In this document: in pieces, positions 35,545-44,760 of the stretch | How the letters are laid out: each line of letters begins with the position of its first letter | How positions within the stretch are numbered: the stretch's first letter is position 1 | Source: Bacteriovoracia bacterium | Lineage (GTDB): Bacteria; Bdellovibrionota; Bacteriovoracia; Bacteriovoracales; Bacteriovoracaceae | NCBI GenBank assembly: GCA_030427595.1 | Contig: JAUIBX010000001.1 | Span: 18,217 to 82,216, forward strand | Direction: 5' to 3' | DNA: 64,000 bases | Translations under genes and position numbers: made by a program | The notes under the pieces: model-generated | What the model was told of the DNA's origin: nothing | The model's input: the letters and a program-made list of their open reading frames with translations, nothing else | Database searches by the model: none

Positions 35545-36297
35545 ATGCGTAAATTACTGATTTCAGTTGTTCTCATAACAGGGCTTTTTTCTTCGTGTGC
35601 TACTAAGCGTCCTGAAGGTAAAACTCAGGCTGAGGTTCTTTTTAAAGAAGCAGAGAAGCTAATTGAATCTGGTCGATTTATTCTTGCTACAGAAAAGCTC
35701 AATAGAATTCGCAGTAAGTACCCCTATTCCTATTATGCAACTTTTGCGGAGCTCCTGGCAGCAGATGTTCTCTTTAAGCAAGAGAATTACGCAGAAGCCG
35801 CTGCTGCTTATATTGTATTCAAGGACTTTCACCCTAAGCATAAGAAAGCCGATTATGTTCTTTGGAAAATCGGTGAATCCTTTTTTATGCAAATGCCAGA
35901 CACTCATGACCGAGACCTTTCTCCTGGCTTTGAGGCCATCAAGTACTTAAAAGAATTAAAAAGAGTTTACTCAGATAGTGAATATGCAAAGAAAGCCGAT
36001 GAGAAAATAGCTAAAGCAGAAGAAATGATTCGCCTTAAAGAGAAGTATATCGCGGATTTTTATTACAGAACTGAAGTTTATGATGCCGCTCGCTTTCGTT
36101 ACGAAAATATTATTGAAGAGTTTCAAGAACCAAACTTGAGGTCCCATGCGATTATTCGTTCATTCATGGCCTCTACAAAGCTGAAAGATAATAATTACTG
36201 TCAAAAGAATAAAGCAGTATACGCAGAACTTATAAAGCCTGATTATAAAGAAGACTTTAACGAGGCCGTCGAAGACTGTCTCTCTGTTAAAAAATAG
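35545..36297 (+). CDS. bamD: Outer membrane protein assembly factor BamD (YfiO)
   Basis: Lipobox LFSSCAT. TPR-like helices follow, with the layout and roughly 250-aa size typical of BamD. Confidence 0.82.
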   Translation: MRKLLISVVLITGLFSSCATKRPEGKTQAEVLFKEAEKLIESGRFILATEKLNRIRSKYPYSYYATFAELLAADVLFKQENYAEAAAAYIVFKDFHPKHKKADYVLWKIGESFFMQMPDTHDRDLSPGFEAIKYLKELKRVYSDSEYAKKADEKIAKAEEMIRLKEKYIADFYYRTEVYDAARFRYENIIEEFQEPNLRSHAIIRSFMASTKLKDNNYCQKNKAVYAELIKPDYKEDFNEAVEDCLSVKK

Positions 36298-36306
36298 GAG
36301 AATCAG

Positions 36307-37050
36307 TTGCGTTCATTAAAAAAGAGTGAAGACTTTAGAAAAGCACAAGATTACTTTGATCATCAGGAGTATAAGAAATCTCTCATTCTCCTTAATGACA
36401 TCGTTGAAACGGAATCTGATGATAAGGAGCTATTGACAAAAACATTTTTTCTAATGGCCAATATCTTCCATATGAAAGGGGAGATTGGAAAAGCGATTAA
36501 GGCTTTTAATAAGGTACTATCTCTCGACCCTTCTCATACAGATGCCTCTATTAGCCTTTCTGTTCTTTATAATGATATCGGTCGCTACGAAGAAGCTCAG
36601 AGAATCTTTGAGGTGGCCAACCAAAGAGTAAAGAGTGGTCAGGACCAAGAGTTTTTAGAAGATGGTCATATTAATAAAAAGTTCGCAGCAAAGCATTTTG
36701 AGTTGGCCGAGATGTATTTTACCTACAATCGTCTAGATGAAGCTCTCTTTGAATATAACAAGGTGAGTAAATTAGATCCTACTAACTTAGAGGTAAGGAT
36801 TAAAATAGCGAAGACTTACGCTAAGAAGAACTTTATTAATAAAGCCTTTGACGAACTTCAGAGTCTAAAGAATGAACAACCTAACTTTTTGCCTGCCCGT
36901 ATTGCTCTTGGAGTTCTTTTCTATGGCTGTGGCAAGATTCTAGAAGCACAAACAGAGTGGGAAAAAGTCCTTACTAAAGACCCTCGCAATGAAGAGGCCC
37001 TTATGTATTTGAATTTGTCTCGCACAGCTACCGAGACGAGTCTTTCGTAA
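36307..37050 (+). CDS. TPR-repeat protein
   Basis: TTG start with TAGGAG 6 nt upstream. Multiple 34-residue TPR-like repeats. Confidence 0.72.
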   Translation: MRSLKKSEDFRKAQDYFDHQEYKKSLILLNDIVETESDDKELLTKTFFLMANIFHMKGEIGKAIKAFNKVLSLDPSHTDASISLSVLYNDIGRYEEAQRIFEVANQRVKSGQDQEFLEDGHINKKFAAKHFELAEMYFTYNRLDEALFEYNKVSKLDPTNLEVRIKIAKTYAKKNFINKAFDELQSLKNEQPNFLPARIALGVLFYGCGKILEAQTEWEKVLTKDPRNEEALMYLNLSRTATETSLS

Positions 37051-37071
37051 ATAAGCTATAAAAATAGACAT

Positions 37072-37108
37072 AAAAAAAGCCCGCTTAAAAGCGGGCTTTT
37101 CTTTTTTT
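37072..37108. terminator. Bidirectional rho-independent terminator
   Basis: Stem GCCCGC (37079-37084) pairs with GCGGGC (37091-37096). It is flanked by A7 on the 5' side and TTTTCTTTTTTT on the 3' side. It lies between the convergent TPR gene and fliW. Confidence 0.85.
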
Positions 37109-37124
37109 AGATGACTTAAATTGC

Positions 37125-37685
37125 TTAAGCTTCCTGAGTCTTTGGTGCATCACTTGCAGAAGGTGTTGTGATTGATGCTTCCTCTGGAGAAGCAACTGAA
37201 GGAGCTTGAGCTTTGGTTCGTGTGCTGTCGTCAGAAGCGTAAGAAACAATATATTTCTTAAGTTCTTTATACATTTTACAACGAACTTCTAGCTTGCTGT
37301 CTTGAAGAACAATCTGTCTTGCAACTTTAGTTTTGTTATTAATAACAATTGGAGCTTTCATGTTGGCAGACATATCAGTAACAACTTTAGGGATTGTTAA
37401 GATTGTGTAGACGCTTGCATCGTTAATTGATTCAAGCTCTAGCGAAGCCAACTCAGCTGGAAGAAGTTTAACAATATAATCTGGTTGGAAAATTTTTGGT
37501 TCAATAATAGGGAATGCTGTTGCCGGATCTTCTGCAGATTGGAACCACAGAATTAATGTCTGATCGCCCGGGTCAACTATAAAAAACTTTTTCAGGCTTT
37601 CAAAACCTAAGAGTCCTTCTTTGAAGACGATAACATCTTTTTTATCGACTTCTAGTTCGCCAAATCGTGTTGTGTTGATTTTCAC
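37125..37685 (-). CDS. fliW: Flagellar assembly factor FliW
   Basis: The sequence TTRFGELEVDKKDVIVFKEGLLGFE is typical of FliW. The GTG at 37685 follows GGGAGG by 7 nt, whereas the track start is 37742. The C-terminal 40 aa form a low-complexity Ser/Ala/Pro/Thr extension. Confidence 0.85.
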   Translation of the reverse strand: MKINTTRFGELEVDKKDVIVFKEGLLGFESLKKFFIVDPGDQTLILWFQSAEDPATAFPIIEPKIFQPDYIVKLLPAELASLELESINDASVYTILTIPKVVTDMSANMKAPIVINNKTKVARQIVLQDSKLEVRCKMYKELKKYIVSYASDDSTRTKAQAPSVASPEEASITTPSASDAPKTQEA

Positions 37686-37766
37686 TTGCCTGCCTCCCAA
37701 TGAGGGACCTTGACGGCCCTGATAATTGATTCTAGCAGTCAATAAATCGAGATTGCAAGCGGGAAT

Positions 37767-37997
37767 TTACTTCTTCTTAAGGTCTGAAGTGAGGTCTGAT
37801 AAGCTGCTTAAATCACTTTGAGAGGCTTCTGTGTTCTGATCTTGAATAGCCTGATAGACCTCTTCTCTGTGGATTTTGGTCTCTTTAGGAGCCTTAATAC
37901 CGAGTCGGACCTGTTTACCTTTTATCTGCACCACGACAATTTTAATGTGGTCGTCAATTGCAATGCTTTCGCCTAGCTTCCGTGTCAAAACTAACAT
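37767..37997 (-). CDS. csrA: Carbon storage regulator CsrA
   Basis: MLVLTRKLGESIAI ... GIKAPKETKIHREEVY. Confidence 0.93.
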   Translation of the reverse strand: MLVLTRKLGESIAIDDHIKIVVVQIKGKQVRLGIKAPKETKIHREEVYQAIQDQNTEASQSDLSSLSDLTSDLKKK

Positions 37998-38144
37998 AAA
38001 TATGTTCCCTCAATAGGATTCCTAAACCTTCCTGATTCGGTCCGAAACCTTCATATATTACCTGCTTAACTTAAAGGCAAGTAAAAAATTAAGTTTGAAG
38101 GTAGCTACTCGATGCAAAAAAACTTGAAAAGGGAGTTGTAATAT

Positions 38145-39191
38145 TTACCTGATGAAATCGAGCAAGCGTTGATTCATTAACCCTTTACTCGCTTGGTAAG
38201 TTGTTTTGAGAATATCTTGTTGCCGCGTAATGTCGCTAAAAAGTTCTGTGATGTCAGCATCAACTAGGGCACTTCTACGGGCAGAAGCGTTAATTTTGTC
38301 ATCTTCATTGGCCATGCGTGTCGTAGCCACACTATTCATGACTGATCCAACCTTAGTTCTCATGGTGACGAGTCTATTAATAGCGTCATCAAACTTTTCA
38401 AGTAAGCTCTGCGTGAAGGTAGGGTCATTATTTTCCAGAGATGAGGTGAGACCATCTAAAAGAGAGAAGATATTTGTCTTTGTCTTGTAGTCTTCTTCAT
38501 TTGGCGGCTTGGGCATTTTAGAGGCCAGGCCTCGATCTTGTTCCTTACCTTGTTGGATTTCATCCTTACTTTTGTATTCCTCAGGAACACCATCTCTAGG
38601 GCTTACTTCTTTAAAAGGGTTCGGTTGAGGACTGGAGCTATCATCACTTGAGTAGAAAACTTCATAGCCATTGAGATTGATGGGAACAAAGAAGTCCTTA
38701 CTCACTTCAACTGTGATTTTACCAAGGTCGCCTTGGTATTCTCCTTCATCATTAAAGGGCTTTGAAAGAGTTTTGAAGCCACCAAAGAGGTAGCGGTTGC
38801 CAACTCTCTTATTGGCCAAAGCGAGGGCTTGATTTCGCAGTTGCTTAATTTCATTTGATACATTTTCGCGAATATTGGCGTCATAGAAATCACTTGATTG
38901 AGCGATAGCAATTTCTTTGGCTTTATTCATAATATCGACAATTTGCTCAATCGCCTTTTCGGTACTGTTGAGATGAAGTTCAGCATAATCTGAGTTTCTA
39001 ATATACTGATCATTGTCTTTAATTCGAGATTTAAGGCTCATCGCCTCAACATTACTGATCGGGTTATCACTTGGGCGGGTAATACTTCTTAATGTGGAGC
39101 CTTTTAATTGAAGGTTTTCCATCTTCCTCTTGGTCTTACCAAGAGAGTACTTTATTGAATGGGTTGAACTATTTTCTGAAACCCTAGTCAT
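38145..39191 (-). CDS. flgL: Flagellar hook-associated protein 3 (FlgL)
   Basis: Flagellin-like N- and C-terminal helices (RPSDNPISNVEAMSL at the N-terminus). Positioned directly after flgK. Confidence 0.85.
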   Translation of the reverse strand: MTRVSENSSTHSIKYSLGKTKRKMENLQLKGSTLRSITRPSDNPISNVEAMSLKSRIKDNDQYIRNSDYAELHLNSTEKAIEQIVDIMNKAKEIAIAQSSDFYDANIRENVSNEIKQLRNQALALANKRVGNRYLFGGFKTLSKPFNDEGEYQGDLGKITVEVSKDFFVPINLNGYEVFYSSDDSSSPQPNPFKEVSPRDGVPEEYKSKDEIQQGKEQDRGLASKMPKPPNEEDYKTKTNIFSLLDGLTSSLENNDPTFTQSLLEKFDDAINRLVTMRTKVGSVMNSVATTRMANEDDKINASARRSALVDADITELFSDITRQQDILKTTYQASKGLMNQRLLDFIR

Positions 39192-39194
39192 CTA

Positions 39195-40658
39195 TTACCT
39201 TTTAATACTCAATACAGTATCAAACATTTCATTCGCCGTTTGCATTACTTTGGCAGCAGCATCGTATGCGTGCTGAAAGCGAATCATATTTGAAGTTTCT
39301 TCATCTAAAGAAACACCACTAATCCTCTCTTTAACCGTATCTAACTGAACTCGAATCCCCTCCATTTGCTCAGCATCGAGCTTAGCTTTACCAACTTCAA
39401 CACCAACATTACCAACGGTCTTAAGGAATTCTTCTTCAATTGTCGCTGTACCATCGGCCATAAACTTTTCGTGTTGGAGCTTAGAGATCGCTAGGGAAAC
39501 CCTGTTGTCACCAGGAGAGTTCGGTGCCAAGGCCGTCACGATATTAGAGATGTCGGCTTCAACCTCATCACTTAACTTAAGACTATAAATAGAGCCCATC
39601 GGATCGTCTTGAATTTCAAAGAAATCAATTCCCGTTACCCTGCCTTTCTTGTCATACTCATTGATTGAGCCGTCTGGGTTTACCTCTACTTTGCGACTCG
39701 CGTAACCTCTTCTGTGAATAGCATTAACAGAGTTAGCAAAATCGTAAGCTAAGCGGTCCATACTTTTTTGCAAGTCTTGTGTGTCTTTATTCCTCACTCT
39801 AATAAGAGTAGAAAGACGACCACTCTTAAATTTCTGAGTGATCTTTTGAGATGGTCTACTTCTAAAAAAGACTTCTACTGAACCATCCATTCCACTAGAG
39901 GAATCTTTTAGACTTGAGCCAGCTGCCGCTAGTTCTTGATATTGCCCACCGGCCACAATAGTACCAACACCTACGGCACTCACAACAAAGTGGTTTTGAT
40001 CGTCAACGTATGTGTGGACTTTAAAGCTTTTAGACATCTCCATAATGGCGAGATCTCGCTGGTCTCTCAGATCTCCGGTCTCATCTCCAGAAGCTTCAAG
40101 TGCTGCAATTTTGAGGTTGAGTTCGGTAATATTCTTTGCGATCGCGTTGATGTCTTGAATCTCACCTTGAATTTTTTGGTCAATACTTCTAGAGGCGAGG
40201 TCAAGAGAGTCTCTAATACGACGAAAGTCCTTTACAACAAGATTTGCGGTATCGCGGACAACAGAGCGCATAGTTTCATTATCAGGCTGCGAACTAAGCT
40301 CTCTAAAGGCGTTGTAAAATCTATTTATAATATTATTTAATCCTTCGTTGTCGACCTCGTTAAAAATATTCTCGATTTGCTCCATCTCTTCAAAGCGAAA
40401 GCGGCTATAAGACTCATTACTTGTGGCCTTTTGCAAACGCTTTTCCACAAAGGGATCGTGAGTACGATCAATACTTCTGACATTTGTACCCGTACCTTGA
40501 ATGATCCCAGAACGAGCAATTGGTATGTTTGAGGATTGCTCAACTCGCTGGCGTGAGTACCCTTTGGTGTTAACATTGGCGATATTGTGCCCTGTCGTCT
40601 CGAGAGACTTCTTTGCTGCAATTAAACCTGTGTTACCAATGCCGAGAATATCAACCAA
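39195..40658 (-). CDS. flgK: Flagellar hook-associated protein 1 (FlgK)
   Basis: N-terminal rod/hook family motif GHNIANVNTKGYSRQR. TTG start. Confidence 0.9.
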   Translation of the reverse strand: MVDILGIGNTGLIAAKKSLETTGHNIANVNTKGYSRQRVEQSSNIPIARSGIIQGTGTNVRSIDRTHDPFVEKRLQKATSNESYSRFRFEEMEQIENIFNEVDNEGLNNIINRFYNAFRELSSQPDNETMRSVVRDTANLVVKDFRRIRDSLDLASRSIDQKIQGEIQDINAIAKNITELNLKIAALEASGDETGDLRDQRDLAIMEMSKSFKVHTYVDDQNHFVVSAVGVGTIVAGGQYQELAAAGSSLKDSSSGMDGSVEVFFRSRPSQKITQKFKSGRLSTLIRVRNKDTQDLQKSMDRLAYDFANSVNAIHRRGYASRKVEVNPDGSINEYDKKGRVTGIDFFEIQDDPMGSIYSLKLSDEVEADISNIVTALAPNSPGDNRVSLAISKLQHEKFMADGTATIEEEFLKTVGNVGVEVGKAKLDAEQMEGIRVQLDTVKERISGVSLDEETSNMIRFQHAYDAAAKVMQTANEMFDTVLSIKR

Positions 40659-40664
40659 AGTTTC

Positions 40665-41183
40665 TTACCTCGTGGGTCTCACTGTTGAGACACCCTTTTT
40701 GTTATAAGTGGAGTAGGACTTTACGCCCATGGCCTCCTCACGAATTTCCCTTAGGCTATTAATGGCTTTGTTGAGAAAGACCTGATTCTTCTTATTTTGC
40801 TGTTGAATCTTTTCAATAATATCGATGAGTAACTCGTTAAAGCGGTAAAGGTGGCGAGTTTCATTATGCTCTTCAAATTGTTGCATAACATTTATGAGTT
40901 CTGAGACAGACTCAACTTCCTTTTGCTTATTTTCTTTTAAATAAAGATTAAGCTCCTTGATAGACTCTGCTCTTGCTTCTTCAAGGATATTAACTCTTTT
41001 AATGATTTCTTGTTTCTCTCTTAAAACATCCTCGAGCTTTTCAACATCACTTCTTAAAAGAAGAGAGTATTCTTCAAATGTTTTATCAAGAAGCTCTGTG
41101 TGTTCTTCACAGAAACGACGCCATATATCAGTTACCTGAAAGTAAATTACGTGGAGTTTTTTATCTTGATTCTTAGTAGTCAT
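40665..41183 (-). CDS. flgN: FlgN-like flagellar export chaperone (by position and coiled-coil character)
   Basis: 172-aa helical protein lying between flgM and flgK, the canonical flgM-flgN-flgK order. The sequence itself is not diagnostic. Confidence 0.5.
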   Translation of the reverse strand: MTTKNQDKKLHVIYFQVTDIWRRFCEEHTELLDKTFEEYSLLLRSDVEKLEDVLREKQEIIKRVNILEEARAESIKELNLYLKENKQKEVESVSELINVMQQFEEHNETRHLYRFNELLIDIIEKIQQQNKKNQVFLNKAINSLREIREEAMGVKSYSTYNKKGVSTVRPTR

Positions 41184-41194
41184 TAAAACCTCGA

Positions 41195-41530
41195 TTAAAA
41201 CTCAGAAGATAATATTTTGTCCGCTAGTGCATCATAATCAACTTTGTATGTTCCAGAGTTAATCTGTGCTTTAAGCTTGGCAACCTTGTCTGTATTGTCG
41301 ACACCTGGAGCTCTATCCACTGCGCTCTTGATCTTTGCAAAGTCTCTTACAGCATTAGGTATTTGAACCTTAGCGTGTCCACCTGTAGTTGACTCAAGTT
41401 CTTTGCGTCGACTAGGGTCATTTCTTTGAATGTAACTTGGGTTAAGGGCACGAGAGCGCACACTGTTGTTAGCAGCTTTACTCTTGGGAAAAAAATTAGA
41501 ACGTGCTGAGTTGTTATCAATTTTACTCAT
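41195..41530 (-). CDS. flgM: Anti-sigma-28 factor FlgM
   Basis: C-terminal KLKAQINSGTYKVDYDALADKIL is typical of FlgM. The ATG at 41530 (MSKIDNN) follows GGGAGG by 6 nt, whereas the track start is 41548. Confidence 0.8.
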   Translation of the reverse strand: MSKIDNNSARSNFFPKSKAANNSVRSRALNPSYIQRNDPSRRKELESTTGGHAKVQIPNAVRDFAKIKSAVDRAPGVDNTDKVAKLKAQINSGTYKVDYDALADKILSSEF

Positions 41531-42002
41531 GACTTGCCTCCCGGCCAAGTTTGATAGGTGCCTGCTCTGTCTTCTTTATTTCAGGCTTTAGTTCTGATGG
41601 GGGACCCATCATTTCAATATTGTTGCGTTTAATTTGGCTCTTTTCTTTATGTTGATTGTAGGCCTGCATCGCTTCCTTGTTTCTGAAGCGCTCAGGGTAA
41701 ATCTCATCAAGAATCATCTTTTGCAGACCTAGGCCGTTATTAACTTCGGCCATCATACGAGCCTGCTCTTTTTGGTTGAGGTCCTGATAGTAGTCCATGG
41801 CACTGTCTTCTTTGCCACGACCAATTGAAGTATGCATTTGCTTAAGCATGTACTCAGCAAATTGCTGTTCAAGACCTCTGGCCATCTTCTTATAGTCTTC
41901 AGGGACATGTTCAAAGGGATCGCGAGCAATACGAGCAGACTGCTGATCTTGCTTTTCATGCTTTTGAATGTGGGGCTTGTGAATTTGAACTTTCACGGCC
42001 AT
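41523..42002 (-). CDS. flgJ: Flagellar rod-binding protein (FlgJ N-terminal-domain-only type)
   Basis: Rod-binding motif LEQQFAEYMLKQMHTSI. There is no muramidase domain. Located after flgI. Confidence 0.72.
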   Translation of the reverse strand: MAVKVQIHKPHIQKHEKQDQQSARIARDPFEHVPEDYKKMARGLEQQFAEYMLKQMHTSIGRGKEDSAMDYYQDLNQKEQARMMAEVNNGLGLQKMILDEIYPERFRNKEAMQAYNQHKEKSQIKRNNIEMMGPPSELKPEIKKTEQAPIKLGREASHE

Positions 42003-42110
42003 CCTTTGCCAATTTTCAGACCTTCAATCCTTGAAAGCCTTTCCTAGTCCTTATTTTAACACTTTTTTAAATTAATGTCCTTTTTTGCCGGGAGGAGAAA
42101 AAATTTCATA

Positions 42111-43106
42111 TTAAATTAGTTCAATTTCTCCAACCAAGGCACCGTTTTTCTTAAGTGCCTGAAAAATCGAAATCAAATCCTCCGGGGTTGCCCCAAAAGC
42201 ATTGAGACTTTTAACCAGGTCACTAAGTGTAGTTTTTTTGTCCATTAAGTAGAATCGGTCTGGAGAGTCTTTTCCTCCACCTTTGACTTCAATGGAGAGA
42301 TCCCCATGGCTGACTGCAACTGGTCTTATGACCACATCTCCACCGGCCACAATCGTACCTGTTCGTTCATTGATAACGATCTTGGCCTTTTGGTCGCTGT
42401 GAACTTTAAAGTTCTCAAGAATGGCCATCAACTGAACGACCTTTCTTTGGTAGTGGACTGGAACAATAAGATCTACGGTTGTGGCATCTTTGCTAATGGC
42501 ATATTTTCCACCTAGCTCTTGGTTGATTGTTTTTTCAATGCGAGCTGCCGTCGTAAAGTCAGGGTTATTAAGACTTAAGCGAATGGATTTCTTTTCATTG
42601 AAAGCAATATTGATTTCCCGCTCAATCGTTGCTCCTCCACTTACAAGTCCGGTCGTTGGAAAAGCTTTTCCTCTATTTAATCCACCAATGGAAACATTTC
42701 CACTTGCAACAGCATAGACCTTACCGTCACCACCTTTAAGTGGAGTTACCAGTAGAGTGCCACCTGCAAGAGAGTTTGATTCTCCAATGCTTGATACTGT
42801 TACATCTATTTTCTGACCAATCCTTCCAAAGGGGGGAAGCTTGGCCGTCACTATCACAGAGGCAACATTTTTTGATGAGATTTCTTTTTGGGGGTTTAGC
42901 CCAAGCTTTTGAAACATTCGCTTAAGTGAGGAGGTTACGATTTCACCTCCACCGTCACCTGTACCGTTTAGACCAATGACGAGGCCATAACCTATAACGG
43001 GGTTTTCTCGAACTCCCTTAAAGTGAACGAGGTCTTTAAGTCTACTCATCTTTGCATTGCTAGCGAAGGAGAGAAGAATGAATAAACAAATTGGAATAAT
43101 TCTCAT
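42111..43106 (-). CDS. flgI: Flagellar P-ring protein FlgI
   Basis: Signal peptide followed by RLKDLVHFKGVRENPVIGYGLVIGLNGTGD. Confidence 0.93.
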   Translation of the reverse strand: MRIIPICLFILLSFASNAKMSRLKDLVHFKGVRENPVIGYGLVIGLNGTGDGGGEIVTSSLKRMFQKLGLNPQKEISSKNVASVIVTAKLPPFGRIGQKIDVTVSSIGESNSLAGGTLLVTPLKGGDGKVYAVASGNVSIGGLNRGKAFPTTGLVSGGATIEREINIAFNEKKSIRLSLNNPDFTTAARIEKTINQELGGKYAISKDATTVDLIVPVHYQRKVVQLMAILENFKVHSDQKAKIVINERTGTIVAGGDVVIRPVAVSHGDLSIEVKGGGKDSPDRFYLMDKKTTLSDLVKSLNAFGATPEDLISIFQALKKNGALVGEIELI

Positions 43107-43108
43107 AA

Positions 43109-43870
43109 CTACCTCAATACAGTAACTTGGCTTTCCAAGATTCTGTTACTGTGTACAGTATCATCGCTCGCAACATCTCTACGCGCGATTAGGGCCTGAA
43201 CTTCAACGACACGTTTACGATTCCTATAGAGAACATTTTTACGACCTCTTAAAAGAATGTGATCAGAATTGATTTCCTCAACGACCACACTAGAAATACG
43301 GTCATAAACTTGGTCATTATTAGTTTCAACTTCTTTATCGTCTCCACTAGCTGCCGCCGTTGAAGCGGGTGCTTTACCAGCTTCATCACCTTCAGCTTCA
43401 GAAGACTCACCCTTTTTCTTCTTTTGAACAGGTGAGGGGAATGCTCTTTTTAGCTCGGCAGTAATCTCATTCTTAAGTTTTCCACCAACTTGAAGCAAGA
43501 TGATGTCGCCATTTCTTTTTTTACGGTTTTCAGTAAAGAGAAAGTTATTTCTTCCCTCTGTTCCAGACCAAAGTGAGCCATCGCCACCATTGTCTGCGAG
43601 GTCCCTAGCTTTAAATCTCTTCCTTTGAACATTTTCTGGGGCGTAGTTTCTTTTCACACTTGGAACCACATAGGGATTATTAGATGAATTGATCATCGAC
43701 TTTTGGGCCCGCATTTTATTTTGTCTATAGAGAGCAAACTTATCTCTCTGTGCTGGAGGTGGGGCTCCATCGGCGCGATCAAATTCACGGTGCATTTGGC
43801 TAATGTAATTTGCACAGGAGCTCAGAAGGAGACTAGAAATAATGAGAATAAGAACCTTCAAAGGTTTCAT
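43109..43870 (-). CDS. flgH: Flagellar L-ring lipoprotein FlgH
   Basis: Lipobox LLLSSCAN, then SLWSG...NFLFTENRKKRNGDIILLQV. Confidence 0.9.
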   Translation of the reverse strand: MKPLKVLILIISSLLLSSCANYISQMHREFDRADGAPPPAQRDKFALYRQNKMRAQKSMINSSNNPYVVPSVKRNYAPENVQRKRFKARDLADNGGDGSLWSGTEGRNNFLFTENRKKRNGDIILLQVGGKLKNEITAELKRAFPSPVQKKKKGESSEAEGDEAGKAPASTAAASGDDKEVETNNDQVYDRISSVVVEEINSDHILLRGRKNVLYRNRKRVVEVQALIARRDVASDDTVHSNRILESQVTVLR

Positions 43871-44748
43871 AATTCAACCTCAACTTTATTAAAGTGAACG
43901 ACTTTTCCTATAATTGTTTTCTTTGTTCTTGGATTTTTAAGACGAATTTGTTGTCCAAGACGTCCGGATTGCCCCGGTATCGCTGTGGTCTCAAGTCGCA
44001 GTCCTTTGTTCTTAAGGATTACTGTTGCCGGTTGACCCATTTGAACGAGATTAACTGGGGTGAGGTCCTGAAACTTAATGGCCTCGCCTTTACTTTTAGG
44101 CTTATTAACTTTGTAAAAGATAAGCTGCTCCGGTTGTGTAAAGAACTGTTCCGGTCTGGTGTGGTAAATGACTTTTCTTTCAAAGTCTCTTGGGGTCAAG
44201 GCTTGATTGTTTACTGGTATCGCTCTTGTCGGAAGAAGAGCTTCAGTTTTTGCTGCAAGGTCCGTTTGGACCCATGAGTACTTATAGCGCGACTCAATCG
44301 GGTTTCTTATTTCGAGCTTAATATTTTTTGTGCCAGTGTGAGTGCAATGATCACAATTAATACTAAGGTTCTCACCTTTTTGAATGATAATGAGTCTCTC
44401 TTTTTGAGCCGTTACCTTGCTAGAGACAAAGCGCCAGTCTTTTTCTTTCTCCACACGTAAGTTTAAAAACGAGTTAAGCTCAAAGACCTTTGAGTTTTCT
44501 TTTAGCTTCGCATTTATTCCAGTTTCTGTTTTTACAAGACGGGTGTGAAGTGTGCCCTCGAAGTCATTTATAAAGCTTTTAAGCTTTGATTCCTCACCTT
44601 TTTTACATCCTTCAAACATAAAGGCTTCGCTTGGGCGAGCGCTTTTGGCTTTTGAAAAGATAACCATTTTGGGTCCAAGCACTTCACAAGCGAAGGATCC
44701 TGTGCAGGAAATGAAAAAAGAAAATAGAATCGTTTTGGCTTTGTTCAT
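43867..44748 (-). CDS. flgA: Flagellar basal-body P-ring formation chaperone FlgA
   Basis: Signal peptide. The C-terminal SAF/FlgA-like segment is GQSGRLGQQIRLKNPRTKKTIIGKVV. Positioned between flgG and flgH. Confidence 0.8.
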   Translation of the reverse strand: MNKAKTILFSFFISCTGSFACEVLGPKMVIFSKAKSARPSEAFMFEGCKKGEESKLKSFINDFEGTLHTRLVKTETGINAKLKENSKVFELNSFLNLRVEKEKDWRFVSSKVTAQKERLIIIQKGENLSINCDHCTHTGTKNIKLEIRNPIESRYKYSWVQTDLAAKTEALLPTRAIPVNNQALTPRDFERKVIYHTRPEQFFTQPEQLIFYKVNKPKSKGEAIKFQDLTPVNLVQMGQPATVILKNKGLRLETTAIPGQSGRLGQQIRLKNPRTKKTIIGKVVHFNKVEVEL

Positions 44749-44760
44749 TTTAAATTGTCT

